From an uncultured Methanosarcinales archaeon (lineage in GTDB: Archaea; Nanobdellota; Nanobdellia; Woesearchaeales; GW2011-AR9), in NCBI GenBank assembly GCA_964344285.1, contig CAYFMM010000004.1, positions 109,526-173,525 on the forward strand: a DNA stretch of 64,000 nucleotides, read 5' to 3'. Under the pieces are notes generated by a model that saw only the letters and a program-made list of their open reading frames with translations, was not told where the DNA came from and made no database searches. Each line of letters opens with the position of its first letter. Position 1 is the stretch's first letter. Both the position numbers and the translations under genes were made by a program. Of the stretch, positions 47,268 to 54,476 are shown in pieces.

Positions 47268-47402
47268 ATGGCAAAAAAAACAACTAAAAAATCAACAACA
47301 AAAACTAAATTAAAAACAACCGCCAAAAAAGTAGCAAAGAAAACAACTAAAAAACCTGCAAAAAAAGTTATTAAGAATAAGGGCGTCTGTGAATTTTGTT
47401 AA
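47268..47402 (+). CDS. 44-aa Lys/Thr-rich microprotein ending in CEFC (not in ORF track)
   Basis: SD GAGGT; MAKKTTKKSTTKTKLKTTAKKVAKKTTKKPAKKVIKNKGVCEFC*. Confidence 0.75.
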   Translation: MAKKTTKKSTTKTKLKTTAKKVAKKTTKKPAKKVIKNKGVCEFC

Positions 47403-47517
47403 TTTTTTCTTTTCTTCTTCTCTTTTCCAAAACTTTAATAAACATAAAAATCATTCTGCTCGTAAAGAGGTTAGAAAATAGCTATTGTTTAAACCTCTTC
47501 TATAAAGAGGTGGACAA

Positions 47518-47841
47518 ATGGCAAAAAAATCTTCTATTACAAAAGCTCCAGTAAAAAGAGCAAAAAAAACAGCACGAAAAGTAACAAAGAAAATTTCTAA
47601 AAAAGCTAAGCCGTCCTTAGTTGGAAGAGCAACAAAAACAGCACAAAAAGTTTCTAAAGATCTAAAGAAATATCAAGATAAAGCACACAAAGAGTTAGCA
47701 AAAGCAAAAAAGAGCTTTATCAAGCATGAAAAAGAGATAATAGCATATGCAAAAAAAAATCCTGAAAAAGCACTTGCCATTGCAGCAGGTTTAGGTGTAG
47801 CGATGGCATCTGTTGCCGCATTACTCAAAAAGAGAAAATAA
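47518..47841 (+). CDS. Lys-rich protein with ElaB/YqjD (DUF883)-like C-terminus
   Basis: YAKKNPEKALAIAAGLG..LLKKRK tail anchor; SD GAGGTGG. Confidence 0.65.
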   Translation: MAKKSSITKAPVKRAKKTARKVTKKISKKAKPSLVGRATKTAQKVSKDLKKYQDKAHKELAKAKKSFIKHEKEIIAYAKKNPEKALAIAAGLGVAMASVAALLKKRK

Positions 47842-47842
47842 A

Positions 47843-48208
47843 ATGGCAAAGAAAAAACAACGATCTACTAAATCTGAGAAAAAAACAAGACAAAAAGTAG
47901 ATTCTGTAGCTAATTACATTGACTTTTTTTCTCAATTAATCACGGACTACATTGACCAACGCTACAAAATCCGTCATAAAGTAGAAGAAGTTAAACTTGG
48001 CGTACTACGTGCACTCTTTGCATTCAAGCGAGAGTTTATGCGAACAATTGTTGAAGCTGTACTGATTCTAACTGGAATACTCTCTTTAATTGTAGGTGTG
48101 GTTTTACTTTTACGAAAAGTACTTCCTATAGAATACATCTTCCTAGGCTATGGTTTTTTAATTACAATCATTGTACTACTGCAGATGAAAACAAAGCCTC
48201 AAATTTAA
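47843..48208 (+). CDS. Two-TM membrane protein (YqjE/holin-X-like position)
   Basis: Two C-terminal hydrophobic helices; starts 1 nt after the DUF883-like gene. Confidence 0.55.
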   Translation: MAKKKQRSTKSEKKTRQKVDSVANYIDFFSQLITDYIDQRYKIRHKVEEVKLGVLRALFAFKREFMRTIVEAVLILTGILSLIVGVVLLLRKVLPIEYIFLGYGFLITIIVLLQMKTKPQI

Positions 48209-48233
48209 TGTAATAACTGTTAAAATAGTCAAG

Positions 48234-49184
48234 ATGAAAAAACTAAACTCAGTAAAAGAACTGCAATTTATGGCAGATGTGATTAGGGAAGATATCATTA
48301 CTTCTTTAGTTCACGCAAAATCAGGCCACTCTGCAGGTCCTTTGGGCTTAGCAGATATCTTTACTGCACTCTATTTCAATGTACTCAAACACAATCCTAA
48401 AAAACCAAAATGGGTACAACGAGATTATTTTATTCTTTCTAACGGCCATGTTTGTCCTGTACTTTATGCAACAATGGCAAATGCAGGCTATTTCCCTAAA
48501 AAAGAACTTCTGACTCTAAGAAAACTTGGCACAAGGTTGCAGGGTCATCCTCACAGAGCAGCACTTGCTGGACTTGAAACAACCTCTGGTCCACTTGGCT
48601 CTGGTCTATCTCAAGCAGCAGGTATGGCATTAGGCTTTAAAATGGATAAAAAGTCAAATCTTGTCTTTTGTATGCTTGGAGATGGTGAGCAAGATGAAGG
48701 TAACCATTGGGAGGCAGTAATGTTTGCTGCAAAAAACAAACTCAATAATATTATTGCAATAACTGATCGAAACTATATTCAAATTGATGGAGATACTGAA
48801 GATGTTATGCCTTTAGATCCACTTGATGAAAAATACAAATCATTTAATTGGGATGTTATTACGATTGATGGCAATAATATGAAACAAATCCTTACAGCAT
48901 TACAAAAAGCACGCGGCAATACAAAAAAGAGAAAAAAACCACTTATGATTATTGCAAACACAGTTCCTGGAAAAGGAGTTGCATTTATGGAAAATGACTA
49001 CCGTTGGCATGGAGCTCCTCCTGGAGGAAATAAAACTGAGAGGTCTCCAGAAAAAGAAGATCAAGCAAGTGTAGCACTTGCACAAATTCATGCTCAAGAA
49101 GTAAACGAACGTGGAGACTGGATCTTGCTACATCAAAAATATAAGCCACTTCACTTATTTGAAAAAAAGAAAAATAAAAAATGA
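48234..49184 (+). CDS. tktA: Transketolase, N-terminal subunit
   Basis: SGHSAG, DYFILSNGH, LQGHP, GPLGSGLSQA, LGDGEQDEG..WEA (TPP binding). Confidence 0.95.
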   Translation: MKKLNSVKELQFMADVIREDIITSLVHAKSGHSAGPLGLADIFTALYFNVLKHNPKKPKWVQRDYFILSNGHVCPVLYATMANAGYFPKKELLTLRKLGTRLQGHPHRAALAGLETTSGPLGSGLSQAAGMALGFKMDKKSNLVFCMLGDGEQDEGNHWEAVMFAAKNKLNNIIAITDRNYIQIDGDTEDVMPLDPLDEKYKSFNWDVITIDGNNMKQILTALQKARGNTKKRKKPLMIIANTVPGKGVAFMENDYRWHGAPPGGNKTERSPEKEDQASVALAQIHAQEVNERGDWILLHQKYKPLHLFEKKKNKK

Positions 49185-49188
49185 GGAT

Positions 49189-49367
49189 GTATTAAGTTAA
49201 GTGGGTGAGCAGTGCCCATCGAGGTGCATTGCGTGCCAGATAAAAATTAAGTAAGAAGACGTAATAAGAGGCACATAAAATAAAACAATGAGTTTATTTT
49301 AGTGCTAAAAACTAATCGTTGTTAGTTTTTATGCACCGTGCCCTGCTCACAGGAACGAACTTAATAC
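49189..49367. repeat. Structured intergenic element, copy 2
   Basis: GTATTAAGTT/AACTTAATAC outer stem; GTGAGCAGTGCCCATCGAGGTGCA..TGCACCGTGCCCTGCTCAC. Confidence 0.75.
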
Positions 49368-49382
49368 AAAAACATAATCAAA

Positions 49383-50366
49383 ATGAACTTACAACAACTC
49401 AAAAAATTAAATGCAAAGCTAAATCTAAACTTCTTTAGACAGGCAGTTCCTACCAGAAATGGGTATGGTGAAGCGCTAGTTGATATTGGAAAAAGAAACA
49501 AAAATGTTGTAGTTCTTTGTGCAGACTTAGCAGAATCTACAAGAGTACATCACTTTCGTAAAAAATTCCCTAAGCGCTACATAGAAATGGGTGTGGCAGA
49601 ACAAAACCTTGTTACTGTTGCCTCAGGCCTTGCAGCTGTTGGCAAAATTCCCTTTGCTTCATCCTATGCTGCTTTTTGTCCAGGAAGATGTTGGGAGCAA
49701 ATTAGAACAACTATCTGCTATAACGATCAAAATGTAAAAGTCGTTGGAGCACATGCAGGAATTTCTGTAGGCCCAGACGGTGCGACACATCAAGCCTTAG
49801 AAGATATTGCAATTATGCGCTCTCTTCCTAATATGATCGTAGTTGTTCCTGCAGATTATGAACAAACTAAAAAAGCAACTAAAGCCATTGCCTCATTCAA
49901 AGGCCCATCTTATCTTAGGCTTGCAAGAGAAAAAACTCCACAGATGACAACTGCTAAAACTCCATTTACAATAGGAAAGGCTCAAATCCTTAAAGATGGT
50001 TCAGACATTGCTCTAATTGCAGCAGGCCCTCCTCTTTATGAATGCTTAGCTGCAGCACATAAACTTCAAGAAAAAGGAATTAATGCCATGGTTATTAACT
50101 GTCATACAATAAAACCATTAGACAAAAAAACAATTTTAATGGCAGCAAAAAAATGTAAAAAAATTATCACAGTTGAAGAAGCACAAATCACAGGAGGGCT
50201 CGGTGGAGCAATCTCTGAATTTCTTGCAGAAAATCACCCCACAAAACTTCAAAGAATAGGAGTAAAAGACCATTATGGGGAATCTGGAAGTCCAAATGAA
50301 CTTCTTACAAAATTTGGTTTTAGTGCTGATAACATCTACAAACAAGCAGTAAAATTATGTAAATAA
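49383..50366 (+). CDS. tktB: Transketolase, C-terminal subunit
   Basis: TRNGYG, CADLAEST, EMGVAEQNL, GPDGATHQALEDIA, HTIKPLD. Confidence 0.95.
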   Translation: MNLQQLKKLNAKLNLNFFRQAVPTRNGYGEALVDIGKRNKNVVVLCADLAESTRVHHFRKKFPKRYIEMGVAEQNLVTVASGLAAVGKIPFASSYAAFCPGRCWEQIRTTICYNDQNVKVVGAHAGISVGPDGATHQALEDIAIMRSLPNMIVVVPADYEQTKKATKAIASFKGPSYLRLAREKTPQMTTAKTPFTIGKAQILKDGSDIALIAAGPPLYECLAAAHKLQEKGINAMVINCHTIKPLDKKTILMAAKKCKKIITVEEAQITGGLGGAISEFLAENHPTKLQRIGVKDHYGESGSPNELLTKFGFSADNIYKQAVKLCK

Positions 50367-50383
50367 ATTCTAAGGTGGTTACA

Positions 50384-50473
50384 ATGAAAGAATGTATTAC
50401 GTGTGGTGAAGAAATGAAACAAATAGAATCCTGTGCCTCTTGCAAATCTTGTGCTGTGTGTTGTGGATGTTAG
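50384..50473 (+). CDS. 29-aa microprotein with 8 Cys (not in ORF track)
   Basis: SD-like AGGTGG; MKECITCGEEMKQIESCASCKSCAVCCGC*. Confidence 0.7.
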   Translation: MKECITCGEEMKQIESCASCKSCAVCCGC

Positions 50474-51138
50474 ACTTGAAGTATTCTCTTGTTTGGCACT
50501 GTTAGTTTACCATTTCTTCCTTTCTGATAATTATCTGGTTTTTCTAAAGCATGTAATAGGGCTGAATCGTTCTTTTGAATCCTTTTTGCGTAAGTTTTTG
50601 GTAATTCTCTTTTTTCATCTTCAAAATCTTTTCTTGCTTCTTTAGACTTAAGCTTAGCTACCCCTTGTGTTATTAATACCCCTCCAGCTAAAACAACTCC
50701 ATGTAATATTGATCTAGAAATAGTTGTTGCATCAAAAGCCTCGCTTGCAACATATGCAAGACCTTCTCCTGTTATTACTCCAAGTGCACCTAAGCCATAT
50801 GTCCCTTTATTATTAACAATAATTGCTCCTGATTCAACTCTTCTATATCTCTCAAGAAAATCATTAGCACTACTCTTGGACATAAACCAAATGTGTGAAT
50901 ATTTAGTTTCTTCATCATCTAAAAAACTACCTCGTTTAAACAAATTAACGCCGTGGCTTCCCTCCCTTACATAAACTCCTTGATCTTCATGATACTCATA
51001 ATTAAAAAGCAACATATCAAGATTTCCTTCATTGTCTGTGGTTAAACTTCCTTGATTTCTTAATTGATTAACCAAATAATCTCTGCCTCTAGAATTAGAA
51101 CCTTCTTCAATCTGACCTCTAGGAATTGCGCCTCTCAT
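50470..51138 (-). CDS. Hypothetical membrane protein
   Basis: Two glycine-rich hydrophobic helices. Confidence 0.55.
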   Translation of the reverse strand: MRGAIPRGQIEEGSNSRGRDYLVNQLRNQGSLTTDNEGNLDMLLFNYEYHEDQGVYVREGSHGVNLFKRGSFLDDEETKYSHIWFMSKSSANDFLERYRRVESGAIIVNNKGTYGLGALGVITGEGLAYVASEAFDATTISRSILHGVVLAGGVLITQGVAKLKSKEARKDFEDEKRELPKTYAKRIQKNDSALLHALEKPDNYQKGRNGKLTVPNKRILQV

Positions 51139-51227
51139 GTGTTTTATAATCTTTTAATTCATTTAAACCTTATGACTAAAATATGACTAAAAAATTTCAA
51201 TTTCCCCTTGAACAATAGTAACTAATC

Positions 51228-51235
51228 TTTAAATA
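51228..51235 (+). promoter_or_regulatory. TATA box of the hydroxyacid dehydrogenase gene
   Basis: TTTAAATA 29 nt before the ATG. Confidence 0.65.
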
Positions 51236-51256
51236 CACCAAAACTCTAAATCAAGT

Positions 51257-52252
51257 ATGGCAATTACAAAATCAAAACCCAAAGTCTTTGTTACACGAAA
51301 TATTCCGGGAGATGCAATCTCTCGCTTAAAGAAAAAATACACTGTAAGAGTTTACCCCAAAGATCAAGTTATTTCAAGAAATGAACTGATTAAAGGAGTA
51401 AAATGGTGTGATGCACTTCTTAGTCTGCTCACAGAAAAAATTGATAAAAAAATAATTGATATAAATCCTAACCTAAAAGTAATCTCTAACTACGCAGTGG
51501 GTTTTAACAACATTGATGTAAAATATGCCACACAAAAAGGTATTCCTGTCTGTAACACACCAAGTCAAGAAGTAGTTGATGCTGTTGCAGAGCACACTTT
51601 TGCACTTCTCTTAGCACTATCTAAACGTATGCATGAAGGAGAAATCCATGTTAGAAAACGTAAATGGAAAGGTTGGGCTCCAAGTTATCTTTTAGGAACA
51701 CAGGTAATTGGCAAAACTATTGGTATCGTAGGACTAGGAAAAATTGGCTCAGGTGTTGCAGAACGTGCAGCACATGGTATGGGTATGAAAGTGATCTATT
51801 ATGATGTTGTTGCAAACAAACAATTTGAAAAAAAATACAAAGCTAAAAGAGTGCCACTAAACACATTACTCAAACAAGCAGACTTTGTAACACTACACGT
51901 ACCGTTACTCAAATCAACCAAGCATTTACTTAGTGCCAAAGAGTTTAAGCTAATGAAAAAAACTGCATTTTTAATCAACACATCTCGAGGCCCGGTAGTA
52001 GATGAAAAAGCGTTAGTTAAAGCATTAAAGAGCAAACAAATTGCTGGAGCAGGGCTAGATGTTCACGAAACAGAACCAAGTAAAAACTATCCTCTTCATA
52101 AATTAGACAACTGCATTCTCACGCCTCACGTTGCCTCTGCAACAGTAGAAGTCAGACAAGCTATGGGGCGAGATGCAGCAGATAGTATAATTGCAATACT
52201 TTCTGGTAAAAAATCTAAGAAAACGGTTAATCCCGAAGTGTATAAAAGGTAA
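51257..52252 (+). CDS. D-2-hydroxyacid dehydrogenase (D-glycerate dehydrogenase / glyoxylate reductase-like)
   Basis: NYAVGFNNID, GIVGLGKIG, LHVPL, INTSRGPVVDE, GLDVHETE, LTPHVAS. Confidence 0.93.
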   Translation: MAITKSKPKVFVTRNIPGDAISRLKKKYTVRVYPKDQVISRNELIKGVKWCDALLSLLTEKIDKKIIDINPNLKVISNYAVGFNNIDVKYATQKGIPVCNTPSQEVVDAVAEHTFALLLALSKRMHEGEIHVRKRKWKGWAPSYLLGTQVIGKTIGIVGLGKIGSGVAERAAHGMGMKVIYYDVVANKQFEKKYKAKRVPLNTLLKQADFVTLHVPLLKSTKHLLSAKEFKLMKKTAFLINTSRGPVVDEKALVKALKSKQIAGAGLDVHETEPSKNYPLHKLDNCILTPHVASATVEVRQAMGRDAADSIIAILSGKKSKKTVNPEVYKR

Positions 52253-52293
52253 AAAGAAAATAATTTTTTATTTCATTTCTATTGTCCATGTGC

Positions 52294-52704
52294 TTACTCT
52301 TCAACAATAATCTTTCCCTCAATTCCATGTCCAACAGTCCAAAAATCATATGCACCAGGTTCATCAAATTCTTTAACATAACTTTGTTTATACTCAATTA
52401 GGCCACTATTTGTTAACTTCACGTTCTTCTTAAATACTAACGTAACAATCTGTTTGGTTGGGTTGTCATTAATAAAACGCACACTCTCTCCTACTTTGAC
52501 TCTAATTTCATACTTATCAAATCCTTCTTCTCCAAGGACTCTAACTTCATCATTATTTACAATGTTTGGCGCTATTTTCTCCTGAGCTACTTTGTCATGT
52601 TCTTCAATAGTCTCATTGCTCTGCTCTTCAGTTTGGCATCCTAATACCAAAACTGACAAGATAATCATGGTTGCAAAAAATATGTGTTTAATTCTCATTT
52701 TCAC
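52294..52704 (-). CDS. Cupredoxin-fold lipoprotein lacking the type-1 Cu cysteine
   Basis: Lipobox VLGC; VKVGESVRFIN..FDEPGAYDFWTVGHGIEGKIIVE. Confidence 0.65.
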   Translation of the reverse strand: MKMRIKHIFFATMIILSVLVLGCQTEEQSNETIEEHDKVAQEKIAPNIVNNDEVRVLGEEGFDKYEIRVKVGESVRFINDNPTKQIVTLVFKKNVKLTNSGLIEYKQSYVKEFDEPGAYDFWTVGHGIEGKIIVEE

Positions 52705-52716
52705 TCTTAAAATAAA

Positions 52717-53412
52717 CTACTTCTTTAAATTTCTTCCTCTCTTTATTTGCCCCTTTATGAGTTTTTTAATACTTTTTGGGATTACACATAGATTACTAAA
52801 GATAAAATCAGCTTCTAAATCTTCCTTTAAATTTTCAGCAGTATGTTTTTTTCCTAACAACAACACTTTCATCTTTAATCTCTTAGTTGCAACGACATCT
52901 GAATGTGCATCACCAATATAAATCACCTCAGATCTCTTTACACCATGCTTGTTAAGAACATGTTCTAAATTTGCAATTTTACTTGTAGGCCCTCCTAAAA
53001 TTTCATCAAAATACTTTGCAACACCACAATGTTTTGCTACTTTTTTAACCTCTTTTGTATTTTCCAAAGATAACAAAAACAAAAATTTCACTTGACTCCG
53101 TAACTCTTTTACAATATTTGTACATTGAAACAATGGGCAACTTGCTAATCCTTTGGCATAATGCACTCCAAAATGATCTGCCACCATGTTCAATTCTTTT
53201 TTACTTGGTTTTCTTTTCAAAAAATGCTCAAATAACTTTTTTACTTTCTCGTCACGATTAAGTCCCTTGCCAATCATCTCTTCATACGCTTTTTTTACGC
53301 CACGCTTAACATTGAACTTCTCTTTAAAGACTTCTGCCATCTGTTTGCCTTTCTTATCTTCAGACATAATCAATGTGCCGTCAAAATCAAACCCAACTGC
53401 TTTAATTACCAT
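52717..53412 (-). CDS. HAD-superfamily hydrolase
   Basis: GFDFDGTL motif I, K motif III, YIGDAHSD motif IV. Confidence 0.9.
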   Translation of the reverse strand: MVIKAVGFDFDGTLIMSEDKKGKQMAEVFKEKFNVKRGVKKAYEEMIGKGLNRDEKVKKLFEHFLKRKPSKKELNMVADHFGVHYAKGLASCPLFQCTNIVKELRSQVKFLFLLSLENTKEVKKVAKHCGVAKYFDEILGGPTSKIANLEHVLNKHGVKRSEVIYIGDAHSDVVATKRLKMKVLLLGKKHTAENLKEDLEADFIFSNLCVIPKSIKKLIKGQIKRGRNLKK

Positions 53413-53413
53413 T

Positions 53414-54097
53414 TTACACCCACTTGCTTATGATAAAAATTGTATAAATTGTAAATCCCAATACAAAATACATAATTTTCCCTTTTCTTCCATATGGGAT
53501 GTGGTGTCTTGTTACTGTAAACAATAAAACTCCTGTAACCAAGCCCACCAACGCAAACTCAAACCATAGTGGGACTGTCCATGGAATTAAAGATGCAATT
53601 ACCGCACCTATAAATGTAGAACTAGAAAATAAAATCATTCTTCCCTTAGACTTATGGGGCGTAGTTGGCAAATTACTTGCTAGCGTATATGCAATAATTG
53701 ATACAAAGAAAAATGTTCCATTAACTAAGTTTTGTTGAATAAATAAAATAAAAATAAACCCCAGGATTAAATGATACACATAATAAAAAATACTTTCTTC
53801 TAATGACAATAATTTTACTAATTCGTGGCTCTTTGTATGTTTGTAAATTTCTTTTTCAGCCACATGATGGCTGATAAATCCAAATAGTAATGTTAAAAAT
53901 AAAAATTTGTTAATTGCGAATGCAGCTTCTGTAAACGTAGGTAATAATTCTAACAAAATGTATGTAATTGAAATCCCTGCAGAAAAAGATACGATCTTAT
54001 TGTAATATCCTCTCTTTTTTAATCGCAAACTCTTACTAAAATACTCTACAACACCTACCATTAACGCCATAAATAGCGCCAGAGTTACTTCTACCAT
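53414..54097 (-). CDS. Multi-TM membrane protein (ZIP-like?)
   Basis: SFSAGISITYILLELLP; about seven TM helices. Confidence 0.6.
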   Translation of the reverse strand: MVEVTLALFMALMVGVVEYFSKSLRLKKRGYYNKIVSFSAGISITYILLELLPTFTEAAFAINKFLFLTLLFGFISHHVAEKEIYKHTKSHELVKLLSLEESIFYYVYHLILGFIFILFIQQNLVNGTFFFVSIIAYTLASNLPTTPHKSKGRMILFSSSTFIGAVIASLIPWTVPLWFEFALVGLVTGVLLFTVTRHHIPYGRKGKIMYFVLGFTIYTIFIISKWV

Positions 54098-54178
54098 CCA
54101 ACTAAGTATATGATGTAAGTTTAAGAATGTTTTGTTATACTAATTTAATATTAATAAAATAAAAAGAGAAAAAGAAAA

Positions 54179-54340
54179 TTATTTTTTCTTACCCATAATT
54201 CTAAACATGGTTGTTCCACACTTAGGGCATTCGCCTTTCATAGCGCTTCTTTTCACGCCGCCCTTTCCATTCATGGTAACTTCTTTACCATTCTTCATCT
54301 CTTGTTTTGCTTTACATTTAACACAATATGCTTCAGTCAT
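54179..54340 (-). CDS. DUF5679-like zinc-ribbon microprotein
   Basis: AYCVKCKAK..KGECPKCGTTMFRI; SD GAGGTG. Confidence 0.85.
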   Translation of the reverse strand: MTEAYCVKCKAKQEMKNGKEVTMNGKGGVKRSAMKGECPKCGTTMFRIMGKKK

Positions 54341-54476
54341 TATTAGACACCTCAATAGTATTTTAAGAACGAATATCACGCCCTCTGTTTGATCTAAGAC
54401 AATCTGGACTTAAAAACCTTTCGTAACTTTGAACCTAAATAAGCGTAACTTGGTCTGTTTTACTACTAATTAGAAC

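Noticed and set aside
49015-49065. In-frame intron in the transketolase N-subunit C-terminus (CTGGAG..CTCCAG hairpin)
   Set aside because: No BHB geometry and the frame is intact; it is better explained as a variable protein loop.
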